Source of the DNA: Trichormus sp. ATA11-4-KO1
GTDB lineage: Bacteria > Cyanobacteriota > Cyanobacteriia > Cyanobacteriales > Nostocaceae
Assembly (NCBI GenBank): GCA_019358915.1
Contig: JAHHIM010000014.1
Coordinates: 1-64,000, forward strand
DNA length: 64,000 nt
Direction of reading: 5' to 3'
Every line of letters starts with the position of its first letter. Position 1 is the first letter of the stretch. The notes beneath the pieces were generated by a model. It ran no database searches and was not told the origin of the DNA. It saw only the letters and a program-made list of their open reading frames with translations. Both the position numbers and the translations under genes were made by a program. Shown piece by piece: positions 10,175-19,353 of the stretch.

Positions 10175-11269
10175 GTGCCAAAATCTGCTAAGTATTTGCT
10201 GATTGGCTCAACTGAGACTTACAGTGGAAAATCTGCAACTGTTTTGGGTTTGTCTCATCAGCTACAGCAAAAAGGACTAGATATTGCCTACGGTAAACCC
10301 CTAGGAACTTGTTTTAGTGCATCTGGCAAAACTGTAGTTGAAGAAGATGTCCAGTTTATTGCCCAGAGTCTGAACCTGCCAACAAACCGCATTGCTCCCA
10401 CAATGCTGGCTTTGGATGAAGTCAGTGTCCAAAAACGCCTACGAGGTGAAGACAAAACCGATTATCAGCAGTCCCTAGTACAGCAATATTTGCAAATTCA
10501 TCGAGGAGATTTAGTATTGCTAGAGGGTGCCGGCGATTTGACACAAGGCTATCTGTTTGAATTGTCTTTGTTGCAGGTAGCCGAGGTATTAGATGCTGCT
10601 GTGTTGTTGGTAGCCCGATATAATTCGCTGCTTTCGGTTGAGGCGTTATTGTCTGCTAAAGGGCGTGTGGGCGATCGCTTGGTGGGAGTTGTGATCAATG
10701 ATATTCCTAATGACCAATTAGCAGCAGTTGATAGTCTCTTGTGTCCATTTTTGGAACAGCAAGGCATTCCTGTTTTGGCAACGTTGCCGAAAAATGACTT
10801 GCTACGCAGCGTCAGTGTGGGCGAACTGGTAAACCAGTTAAAAGCCGAAGTTCTTTGTCGGCGCGATCGCCTGGATTTAATGGTGGAGAGTTTGGCAATT
10901 GGCGCGATGAATGTCAATTCTGCTGTGAAATATTTCCGCAAACGCCGAAATATGGCAGTAGTCACAGGAGGCGATCGCGTGGAAATTCAACAAGCCGCTT
11001 TAGAAACTTCTACCCAGTGTCTCATTTTGACTGGACAACTGCCACCACCCGCCTTTATTCTCAGTCGTGCAGAAGAACTAGAAATCCCCATTTTGTCGGT
11101 TGACTTAGATACCCTGACTACGGTAGAAATCGTTGATCGCACTTTTGGTCAAGTGCGCGTACACGAACCGATTAAGGTTCAATGCATTTGTCAATTGATG
11201 ACTGAGCATTTTGACATCAACCGTCTGTTATCTAAGCTTGGTTTAACTGCCACCAATGCCTTACCTTAG
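10175..11269 (+). CDS. Phosphotransacetylase N-terminal-like (BioD-like plus DRTGG domain) protein
   Basis: STETYSGKS, YGKPLG, LLEGAG, IGAMN, VTGGDR, LILTG. Confidence 0.88.
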   Translation: MPKSAKYLLIGSTETYSGKSATVLGLSHQLQQKGLDIAYGKPLGTCFSASGKTVVEEDVQFIAQSLNLPTNRIAPTMLALDEVSVQKRLRGEDKTDYQQSLVQQYLQIHRGDLVLLEGAGDLTQGYLFELSLLQVAEVLDAAVLLVARYNSLLSVEALLSAKGRVGDRLVGVVINDIPNDQLAAVDSLLCPFLEQQGIPVLATLPKNDLLRSVSVGELVNQLKAEVLCRRDRLDLMVESLAIGAMNVNSAVKYFRKRRNMAVVTGGDRVEIQQAALETSTQCLILTGQLPPPAFILSRAEELEIPILSVDLDTLTTVEIVDRTFGQVRVHEPIKVQCICQLMTEHFDINRLLSKLGLTATNALP

Positions 11270-11277
11270 CTACTACA

Positions 11278-11309
11278 CTCCCTCACATCCAAAAATACAT
11301 ATGAGGGAG
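11278..11309 (+). terminator. Hairpin downstream of the DRTGG gene
   Basis: ctccctcacat ... atatgagggag inverted repeat. Confidence 0.45.
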
Positions 11310-11528
11310 CAGCAGGTTCTCTGTCACCTGACTAAACAACCAAAACATATACAGTTTCAGTAGCTGTCCTTCTGTAGTGGTATCAAATTATCAAGCAAAT
11401 TTGACCAAACCATGCAGTTACTGAGACCAACAATAGAGAAAATGTCACAATGTCTAACTCAAGTTAGCTTCGCATTTACACTCTCTTTGGTAAAATAGCT
11501 TGGTCGTTTAATCTGATTACGTCCATCT

Positions 11529-12032
11529 TTGAGCCAGTCAACAGACCTAATTAACCTCGATACATTAGCGCAGGAACTGGCGACAATCCAGCAAACAGGT
11601 TCTAAAAAAATCGCCTTGTTGGGTTCTCGTCATGTGCCAATTACGCATCAGAATCTGATTGAAATGATGACCTATGCCCTGGTTTTATCAGGCAATCGAG
11701 TTATCACCTCTGGGGCTACAGGTACCAATTCAGCTGCCATTAAGGGAGCAATGCGGGCTGACCCCAATTTGTTGACAGTGATTCTACCCCAAAGCTTGGA
11801 ACGCCAGCCTTATGAATCACGCCAGCAACTAGAGCAGGTAATGCATCTGGTAGAAAATCCCAGTAATGATAATCTGTCCCTAGCTGAAGCTAGTTATATT
11901 TGTAATAAGGAGATTGTCTCTCGCTGCCAGCAGCTGATCTGCTTCGCGTTTCATGACAGTCGCACTCTGTTACAAACTTGTGGAGATGCAGAAGAACAAA
12001 GAAAAGTGGTAACGCTTTTCTATTTTGACTAA
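11529..12032 (+). CDS. Conserved cyanobacterial DprA/Smf-like (SLOG fold) protein
   Basis: IALLGSRH and ITSGATGTNSAAIKGA motifs. Confidence 0.75.
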   Translation: MSQSTDLINLDTLAQELATIQQTGSKKIALLGSRHVPITHQNLIEMMTYALVLSGNRVITSGATGTNSAAIKGAMRADPNLLTVILPQSLERQPYESRQQLEQVMHLVENPSNDNLSLAEASYICNKEIVSRCQQLICFAFHDSRTLLQTCGDAEEQRKVVTLFYFD

Positions 12033-12153
12033 AGTGAGTGTAGTCTTCGCCCAGGTAATGATAGATATAGGTAAATGCAAATTAGTAATGGGTAGTTGGG
12101 TTTGCCGAATTACCCATTACTCATTAATGATGACCAACTAAAAACTACTACTA

Positions 12154-12585
12154 TTGATTGGCCTGATGACGCTATCGCAACTGCCTGTGTCTGCTATTTT
12201 TTTGTACTCTATTGCGGCTGCTGCCGTGCTAATTTATCTACCGTTTTTACTGGTAGCTTATGCTCGTGTACAAATTGGGTATGAGGCACTGGCTACTCCT
12301 CGCGCCAAGTTTGATAAATTGCCCCCATATGCCCAACGAGCTACCTGGGCACACCAAAACTCCTTTGAAACATTTATGGTGTTTGCCAGCGCAGCATTGA
12401 TGGCATACGTAACGGGGGTCAATTCTCCTACAGCAGTGGCGGCGATCGCTTTTGTTGTAGCTCGTTTGCTTTACTCAATTTTTTATATTTTGAATATACC
12501 CCTGTGGCGATCATTGATGTTTGGCATTAGCTCTCTTGGTTCTGCTACTCTCATCATCTTTAGCATCATCCAAGCTACTAGTTAA
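12154..12585 (+). CDS. MAPEG family membrane protein
   Basis: RATWAHQNSFE and ARLLY motifs, hydrophobic helices; the true start may be ATG 12166. Confidence 0.85.
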   Translation: MIGLMTLSQLPVSAIFLYSIAAAAVLIYLPFLLVAYARVQIGYEALATPRAKFDKLPPYAQRATWAHQNSFETFMVFASAALMAYVTGVNSPTAVAAIAFVVARLLYSIFYILNIPLWRSLMFGISSLGSATLIIFSIIQATS

Positions 12586-12688
12586 TTGGGGAGTGGGGAG
12601 TAGGGAAGTAGGAAGATGAGAGGAAAAGTTATTCACCTCTAAACAATGCCCCAATCCAAAATCGACCATCTAAAATCTAAAATCGTTT

Positions 12689-13180
12689 ATGGCTTCTACG
12701 TATTCCTTTGACATTGTGAGCGACTTTGACCGACAAGAATTGGTTAATGCTGTGGATCAAGTTGTGCGAGATATTAAAGGTCGCTATGACCTTAAAGATA
12801 CTCAAACAACAGTTGAGTTAGGTGAGCAAAGCATTAACGTCAACACTGACAGCGAGTTCACTTTAGATTCTGTTCACAACATTTTGCGGGAAAAAGCCGC
12901 CAAGCGTAACCTATCTCAGAAAATCTTTGATTTTGGCAACGTTGAGTCAGCCAGTGGTAATCGCGTGCGTCAAGAAATCAAACTCAAAAAAGGCATCAGT
13001 CAGGAAGTTGCCAAGCAAATTTCCAAATTGATTCGTGATGAATTCAAAAAAGTACAAGCTTCGATTCAAGGTGATGCTGTACGGGTTTCTGCTAAAGCGA
13101 AAGATGACTTACAAAGTGTGATGCAGCGTTTGAAGCAAGAAGATTTTCCTGTGGCTTTGCAATTTACTAATTATCGTTAA
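12689..13180 (+). CDS. yajQ: YajQ family nucleotide/c-di-GMP-binding protein
   Basis: [38 protein letters not shown]. Confidence 0.92.
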   Translation: MASTYSFDIVSDFDRQELVNAVDQVVRDIKGRYDLKDTQTTVELGEQSINVNTDSEFTLDSVHNILREKAAKRNLSQKIFDFGNVESASGNRVRQEIKLKKGISQEVAKQISKLIRDEFKKVQASIQGDAVRVSAKAKDDLQSVMQRLKQEDFPVALQFTNYR

Positions 13181-13187
13181 ATAGCCA

Positions 13188-13299
13188 GTAGTGGCGTGGC
13201 AAGGCTAAAATGTTGCATGAATAAATAATTGTAGGGTAGGCATCTTGCCTGTTCCACAAGAAAGTTACATGCACTACTTTAGCAGTGTCAATCCACTAC
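13188..13299. repeat. Degenerate inverted-repeat-bounded element with an internal REP-like hairpin between convergent genes
   Basis: gtagtggcgtggcaaggctaaa ... tttagcagtgtcaatccactac; internal gtagggtaggcatcttgcctg. Confidence 0.5.
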
Positions 13300-13314
13300 A
13301 CTACTTTTTTTAAT

Positions 13315-13872
13315 TTAAGACCGTCCGCCAATGCTTTTTTGAAAAGCTGGTCGCTCAGACATGCGCTGAATATAGTTCAAAACAGCTGGGTATTCCTTAA
13401 GGTCTAGCTTAAGCATGATGGGAATATAAGCCAAGATAGAGCCTACGGCTACATCAGCAACACTGAATTCATCACCTAATAAGAAAGGTTGTTGCTCAAA
13501 AATATCATTCAGGAAAGTTAACAAGCGGGGCATTTCTCGCTCTCGATTTGCTTCTACAAAAATTCCTAGGCCAAGGGTGGCATTAGCAAACAATACCCAC
13601 TGGGAAAATACACCACGCTCCTCTGGTGAATGTGAGGTTTTGCTGTATTTGTCAGCAAGATACAGTAAAATTGCCCCTGATTCCCAAAGCTGGAAATCCC
13701 CATCAACGATCGCTGGAACTTTACCAATTGGGTTAATCTTCAGGTACTCTGGTTGGCGGTGTTCGCCAGCCTGCATATCTAGCAGCACAAATTCGTAGGG
13801 AACTTCCAGTTCTTCTAGATACCAGTGGACAATTGACGCTCGACTACGAGCGCCGCCATAAAGTTTCAACAT
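13315..13872 (-). CDS. Glutathione S-transferase family protein
   Basis: INPIGKVP, LWESGAILLYL, FSVADV. Confidence 0.93.
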   Translation of the reverse strand: MLKLYGGARSRASIVHWYLEELEVPYEFVLLDMQAGEHRQPEYLKINPIGKVPAIVDGDFQLWESGAILLYLADKYSKTSHSPEERGVFSQWVLFANATLGLGIFVEANREREMPRLLTFLNDIFEQQPFLLGDEFSVADVAVGSILAYIPIMLKLDLKEYPAVLNYIQRMSERPAFQKSIGGRS

Positions 13873-13887
13873 AAGTAATTATTTAAA

Positions 13888-14352
13888 TTAAAGAATTTTG
13901 TGAGTGTGGGAATGCTGCTTAACGTTGTCTTCTTTGGTGACAACTCTAGCGGCATTGAGTACCCGCTTGCGCTCAATGGAATATTTAAACTCAGTGTAGG
14001 TTGTGCCTAGAGGAATTAGGGATTTTGCCGTTTCCCGACGCTTGTAGGTACGAGCAGCTGCAAATACCCGTGCTACAAATTCTTCCCCAAGTTGAGCTGA
14101 CTCTGGGAAGCTATCTGGTAGGAGTGGCTGATCTCCATTTAGTAGAGATCCCAAAGTTGTCGCATAAGCTAGCTTATAGGAGGTAGGAATACCTTTTAAC
14201 AATGCTTCTAAAGCGGCAGAGGGAATCGGCTCTATAACTTCAACTTGGTAAACTTCTCCGTCTTCTTTGATGAAGCAGGTTGCCAAGCCAATAACTATGT
14301 AATCTTCATCTGCTAAATCAGGAGCATTTGGGTAGGAAATAGCTGTTGTCAT
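13888..14352 (-). CDS. Conserved cyanobacterial hypothetical protein
   Basis: 154-aa ORF co-oriented with the GST gene; GLATCF, EPIPSA and DNVKQH motifs. Confidence 0.75.
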   Translation of the reverse strand: MTTAISYPNAPDLADEDYIVIGLATCFIKEDGEVYQVEVIEPIPSAALEALLKGIPTSYKLAYATTLGSLLNGDQPLLPDSFPESAQLGEEFVARVFAAARTYKRRETAKSLIPLGTTYTEFKYSIERKRVLNAARVVTKEDNVKQHSHTHKIL

Positions 14353-14798
14353 CAGAAAATTTTCTCAAAACTTAAAAATCAGAACTAGGAGCTAGAAACT
14401 GAAAAGCGCTAGACGCTTACACAGAGGGAGACTCGGCGATATCAAGGAGTTGCTCTGGCATTTTTGATATCCCTATGTCTTTGTGTCTCCTTCTCCATCT
14501 CTCAATGAAAGCCTTGTTGGCATTCTACCAATATTGTTGCTCTTACTACTTGACTACTCTTGAAGATTGATATTTGCTATTTCTGGAATTCAACTTACGG
14601 ATGAAGTATTAATTATGAGGTTTGAGCATAAATTGTTGGAGTAAGGTTAAGTCTTCCGCTTGTTGTCGCTTACATTTAGTCTTGATACTTAAAACCAAGT
14701 AATTATAGACACCTTAACAAGTAACACAGGGGCGAAACTACCATCACGACAAGAACTGTAATTGGATTTGAAAGAGCAAGTAGCTCAGGCAGTACAAT

Positions 14799-15524
14799 AT
14801 GAATAGTCACTCATTTTTAGCTTCTGGTGACCAGCAAAATAACCGATACAATTTTGTATCAAATAGTACATTTGATGCTCAAGAACATGGAACTAACAGT
14901 AGCGGTGAATCTGCTTTGGGGGACAGCTATTTACGTTCTTGTGCTTTGAGGTCAGCGCAGCAAGGAGATTTCACAGAGGCGATCGCCTTATTAACCCAAT
15001 TGATTCACCGCCATCCGCAAAATGCCCTTGATTACAACAACCGGGGATTAATTTATTTTCAAAGTGGTGCAATGCCAAAAGCCTTGCGCGACTATAACAC
15101 AGCACTGCAATTGAATCCTAATTTAGCTAACGCCTATAACAATCGGGCAAATTACTATGCTGCTGCTGGTGAATTCGCCGCAGCACTGGCTGACTATGAT
15201 CAGGCGATTGATTTAAATCCTAGTTATGTGCGGGCGCGGATTAACCGAGGTATTACCTTACGCGACTTGGAACGATACGAAGAGGCAATTGAGAATTTTG
15301 AGGTAGGGCTGCTTTTTGGTCAGCTAGAAGGTCATATTTGGGCAGAACGAGGCAGGACTTACCATCTTTGGGGTGATTGGAATTGTGCGATCGCTGATTA
15401 TCGCCGCGCTCTCACTCAACTACCCTCTTGGGATAGCAGAAGGGATGTTTTCGCTTACCGATTGCGTTTACAAACTGAAAATTGGTTAAATGAGTTGCTA
15501 TTTTCCTCAGATTTTGATTGGTAG
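14799..15524 (+). CDS. TPR-repeat protein
   Basis: YNNRG/YNNRA/INRG TPR units with ALADYDQAI. Confidence 0.88.
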   Translation: MNSHSFLASGDQQNNRYNFVSNSTFDAQEHGTNSSGESALGDSYLRSCALRSAQQGDFTEAIALLTQLIHRHPQNALDYNNRGLIYFQSGAMPKALRDYNTALQLNPNLANAYNNRANYYAAAGEFAAALADYDQAIDLNPSYVRARINRGITLRDLERYEEAIENFEVGLLFGQLEGHIWAERGRTYHLWGDWNCAIADYRRALTQLPSWDSRRDVFAYRLRLQTENWLNELLFSSDFDW

Positions 15525-15588
15525 ATGATGTCTACCCTCAAAGAAGCCACCCTATGGATGTTTGGGGCTTTTACTTCGCAGGATGGAG

Positions 15589-15647
15589 AATTCACAATTA
15601 AAAATTCAAAGTCATGTTTTGGCACTTTACATTTTTAATTGTGAATT
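15589..15647. terminator. Long inverted repeat between convergent genes
   Basis: aattcacaattaaaaat ... atttttaattgtgaatt. Confidence 0.5.
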
Positions 15648-15805
15648 GAAGTATCGCTAATGGCTAATAGATGATAACTAGAATAGCTCGTCAATAATTA
15701 GCTATTAACTATTAGCTGTTGGCACTCCATAGACAAATCCAGTGTTTATGGGCAATCACGCTTGCCAAGCAGTTCAATTTTCCCAAATCTCCAATTCAAC
15801 ATTTT

Positions 15806-16216
15806 TTAGGGTAATAATTTCAATGCTTCAATTTCCTTACCATCCTGATTCAGCAACACTACCGAAAGTTGGCTAGGCTCAAATCGATATGCTTGCTGTT
15901 GCATAATACTATTAGCTTGACTGGGATCAAAGTTACGACTAAACTCCGCCTGCAAACTATTAACCCGTCCTTCCATCAGCTTGACTTCAGTCCGGACTTC
16001 TCGCAGCCTTTCTTGCTGTGTCCAGTGATAAGGCAAAAGTTGTATTAGGGCAGATATGGCTGCTGTTGAGATTACCAAGTTAACTGCTATCTTGGCTGTG
16101 GTTTCCAACGCCATCACCTGATAAGAGCGTTGGCGAAGATGCCGTTTTGGTCGAGAAACAATCCGGCGTTTTTGTATAGGTTGTAGCGGGGGTCTAGAAG
16201 GTTGACTCGCGTTCAT
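15806..16216 (-). CDS. Hypothetical single-TM coiled-coil protein (FtsB/FtsL-like architecture)
   Basis: Basic N-terminus, TM segment IAVNLVISTAAISALIQLL, then a heptad coil. Confidence 0.6.
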   Translation of the reverse strand: MNASQPSRPPLQPIQKRRIVSRPKRHLRQRSYQVMALETTAKIAVNLVISTAAISALIQLLPYHWTQQERLREVRTEVKLMEGRVNSLQAEFSRNFDPSQANSIMQQQAYRFEPSQLSVVLLNQDGKEIEALKLLP

Positions 16217-16798
16217 TATGCTAAAAAGAACCTTGCTGATGGAATGGCACTGTCGTAAAAAGTGGACTGGCGCGGATTACGGCTTGATTTAGCTGTTATG
16301 TTACTTCATTTTTCCCAAATTGCTACACGTGTGTTTAAAGTTAAAAAACAACGCAACATACGTAAGTATTTGGTTTTCTCCAGTCTCTGGAAACTACACC
16401 TGGTTTGCCAGATTATTAGTCTTTTTAGAGATTATGTCAATTCCGAATAATGGTTTTACTTGTGAAGTACAACCTACTGCAAACATAGATCCCTAATGTT
16501 ATCCAAGTTTTAGGTAATTCCGACGTGTCCCATTGTACTCAAAAAAAATCTTTTTAGTTATCTTATTTAATCTGTTAATATCTGCTAGATGTTGTGAAAG
16601 TTTTATTGTTACTGATTGACTAGCATTAACTTTTAACTCGTAAGTGTGATGTTGTTTCAGCCCATTCTTTTAATGTACTGAATTCAGTATTTTTACCGTC
16701 AATAAATACTTAGTTACACTTAAATTTATGGAGAATAAAATATAACAGCGAATAGAATGTATTTATAACTGTTGTGTTACATCTCTTGTGTGAAAAAC

Positions 16799-16859
16799 AC
16801 AACAACCAGGCTAGGCCTGATTGTTGTACAAGAATGAGGCGCTTCCTCAATACGCCCCA
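16799..16859 (-). terminator. Two hairpins downstream of psaM
   Basis: acaacaaccagg...cctgattgttgt and tgaggcg...cgcccca. Confidence 0.5.
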
Positions 16860-16881
16860 GTTACCATGTCAGAACGTAACT

Positions 16882-16977
16882 TTATTTGTAAAGTTCTGTT
16901 GCTAAACGCCAAGCCAGAATTCCTGGAATCAGCGCCACAGCTAGAGCAATGTACACTTGAGTGTCTGATATAGGCAT
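16882..16977 (-). CDS. psaM: Photosystem I reaction centre subunit XII (absent from the ORF track)
   Basis: Manual translation gives [40 protein letters not shown] upstream (acctcc, 16986-16991). Confidence 0.96.
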   Translation of the reverse strand: MPISDTQVYIALAVALIPGILAWRLATELYK

Positions 16978-17135
16978 GGTCGGATACCTCCTAAACTCAA
17001 ATCAATGTTGAACAGTTCGTTTACTACTTTTCACTGTTTTGCCAAGTTTGGGGAATATCTTGTTACAAGATGCAACAAAAGCAGTGATTAGCCAGTAGTC
17101 ATTATTGATTATTCATTAAAAAAAATTATAAAATT

Positions 17136-18392
17136 ATGAATTTTTATTTGGGAATCGACTTTGGCACTTCTGGCGCTAGGGGTGTGGTGATTAACGATGA
17201 AGCTTACATTCAGGCAAAGATCAAGTATCCTTGGGCGAATGAGCTTGTTTCTGACTTAGCAAGTGCTTGGCAAACGGCTTTATTGACGTTACTGGCACAA
17301 ATACCTGAGAAATTACGGCAAGGAATAAAAGCGATCGCGATTAATGGTACTTCTTCTACAGTCTTGTTGAGCGATGCTGCTGGTAAGCCTGTAGATACAC
17401 CTTTACTGTACAACGACGCGCGGGGATCATTGGTGCTAGAGCAATTGCGGAATATTGCCCCACCGCACCATAATGTATTGAGTGCCACTTCCAGCCTGGC
17501 TAAGTTGCTGTGGATGATGCAACAACCAACTTTTGCTGAAGCCAGATATTTTTTGCATCAAGCCGATTGGTTGGGATTTTTGCTGCATGGGTATTTGGGT
17601 ATTAGCGATTATCACAACGCTTTAAAACTGGGTTATGACGTGGAACAGTTGAGATATCCCCAATGGCTGGAACAACTACACATACCAATTCAGCTACCCA
17701 GAGTTTTACCTCCTGGTACACCCATTGCTCAATTGCGCCCAGAAATTGCCTCTCAGTTCGGTTTACCTAAAGATTGCCTGGTGTGTACTGGTACAACTGA
17801 TAGTATTGCCGCTTTTGTTGCTAGTGGGGCAAAATCTCCAGGGGAAGCTGTGACATCCTTGGGTTCGACGCTGGCGGTGAAACTATTGAGTCATACTCGC
17901 GTAGAAGATTCACGATACGGCATTTACAGTCATCGCTTGGGTAACTTGTGGCTGACTGGGGGTGCATCTAATACTGGTGGTGCAGTGCTAAAGAAATTTT
18001 TTAGTGATGCTGAGTTAGAGCGGTTTAGCAGTGAGATTGATGGTACAACAGCCAGTGAATTAGATTATTATCCATTGTTGCAACCAGGAGATCGCTTTCC
18101 TATTAATGATCCCCATTTACCGCCACGCTTGGAACCGCGTCCAGACAATCCAGTGGAATTTTTGCATGGGTTGTTAGAAAGTATCGCCCGCATAGAGGCA
18201 CGTGGGTATGAATTATTACAGCAAATGGGTGCAGATAAATTGACTCGCGTTTATACTGCTGGCGGTGGTGCAGCAAATTTGACTTGGAATAAGATTCGTC
18301 AACGGTATTTAAAAGTGCCTGTAGTTGCGTCTGAAAATACGGAAGCTGCTTATGGTTCAGCGCTTTTAGCGATGCGAGGGGTAGGGAGATGA
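17136..18392 (+). CDS. FGGY-family carbohydrate kinase (xylulose/ribulose kinase-like)
   Basis: LGIDFGTSGAR, GTTDSIAA, SLGSTL, TAGGGA, EAAYGSA. Confidence 0.9.
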   Translation: MNFYLGIDFGTSGARGVVINDEAYIQAKIKYPWANELVSDLASAWQTALLTLLAQIPEKLRQGIKAIAINGTSSTVLLSDAAGKPVDTPLLYNDARGSLVLEQLRNIAPPHHNVLSATSSLAKLLWMMQQPTFAEARYFLHQADWLGFLLHGYLGISDYHNALKLGYDVEQLRYPQWLEQLHIPIQLPRVLPPGTPIAQLRPEIASQFGLPKDCLVCTGTTDSIAAFVASGAKSPGEAVTSLGSTLAVKLLSHTRVEDSRYGIYSHRLGNLWLTGGASNTGGAVLKKFFSDAELERFSSEIDGTTASELDYYPLLQPGDRFPINDPHLPPRLEPRPDNPVEFLHGLLESIARIEARGYELLQQMGADKLTRVYTAGGGAANLTWNKIRQRYLKVPVVASENTEAAYGSALLAMRGVGR

Positions 18393-18555
18393 AATGAATG
18401 AATGAGGGAAAATTTTTTATCGCCTTTATGATTTGTTCATAAATATCTTTTAGATCCGTATCTATCCCGGTGACAGATAGATATATATCGGTTGATACTA
18501 GATTTATTAGATACCAGATTATCAGGTTCCAGGTTAGTTATCTGGGCAGCTACTT

Positions 18556-18585
18556 GGGGGTAGATGCTTGTCATCTATCCCCTTT
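18556..18585 (+). terminator. Rho-independent terminator-like hairpin
   Basis: gggggtagatg-cttgt-catctatcccc followed by ttt; the G-U pair works only on the + strand. Confidence 0.6.
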
Positions 18586-18633
18586 CCTAATATTAGAATA
18601 AAGAACCACAGAGGCAAGGAAAACACAGAGTTT

Positions 18634-18826
18634 TTAGGATAGTTGAAATTTTTGCCAGGCTAGTAAGGCAGCACCGTAAGCCGGTTCATTTCTGGGCATG
18701 ATTACTTTAACTGAAGGAAAGTTTTTGTGTAGAGATGTGGTAAATCTTTGGTGCATTTGACATTGTGTTTGCCTGATGCGAAGTAGAGGGTGGGGATGAA
18801 TGTCCAGGGGGTTTTGGGTATTTCAT
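18634..18826 (-). pseudogene. Chimeric relic: AmpG-like MFS N-terminus joined to a BadF/N-acetylglucosamine-kinase-like C-terminus
   Basis: Manual minus-strand translation gives KTPWTFIPTLYFASG and, in another frame, QCQMHQRFTTSLHKNFPSVKVIMPRNEPAYGAALLAWQKFQLS*. Confidence 0.7.
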
Positions 18827-18830
18827 TTTT

Positions 18831-19285
18831 ACGAACCACAGAGACGCAGAGGGCACAGAGAGGAGTTAAGAAGAGAGGATAATACGTTTGATGCCGTCTT
18901 TTAGGAGAGGGACATTAAAGTTGATGAGGAGTGCTAAGGGGTAGTTAGTTATTTTAAGGTAGGAGAGGACTTGTGCTTCGTGAATAGGTGCTAAGTTCTG
19001 AACAGCTTTTAATTCCACAATGAGATAGTTGGCAATCAAAAAATCTAATCTACCTTTACCTACTTCATGTCCTTTGTAATTTACTGTTACCCACTTCTCA
19101 CACTCATGAGGTATTCCACGCCTGAAAAATTCTATAATTAACGCCTCCTGATACACCTCCTCCAAAAACCCTGGTCCCAAAATCCGATGCACCTCAATAG
19201 CCGCCCCAATCACCTCTCCCGTTAGCTGATTCATCTCCTCTCTCAAATCTCTTCCCTCCGTGTCCTCTGTACCTCTGTGGTTCGT
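18831..19285. mobile_element. Putative cassette bounded by 30-bp imperfect inverted repeats and carrying the GxxExxY gene
   Basis: acgaaccacagagacgcagagggcacagag (18831-18860) versus the reverse complement of 19256-19285, acgaaccacagaggtacagaggacacggag; 25/30 identical. Confidence 0.55.
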
Positions 19286-19291
19286 TTCCAT
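18866..19291 (-). CDS. GxxExxY protein (PD-(D/E)XK nuclease superfamily)
   Basis: [39 protein letters not shown]. Confidence 0.92.
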   Translation of the reverse strand: METNHRGTEDTEGRDLREEMNQLTGEVIGAAIEVHRILGPGFLEEVYQEALIIEFFRRGIPHECEKWVTVNYKGHEVGKGRLDFLIANYLIVELKAVQNLAPIHEAQVLSYLKITNYPLALLINFNVPLLKDGIKRIILSS

Positions 19292-19353
19292 CAAACCCTC
19301 TCCAACCCTATGGCAAAATTTATAAGAGTCCTTCCACAGTTAGTTTTCCCAGC

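Noticed and set aside
16262..16800. 62-aa ORF and possible NtcA/RpaB sites in the AT-rich spacer
   Set aside because: The ORF lacks features, and I found no convincing consensus site with promoter spacing
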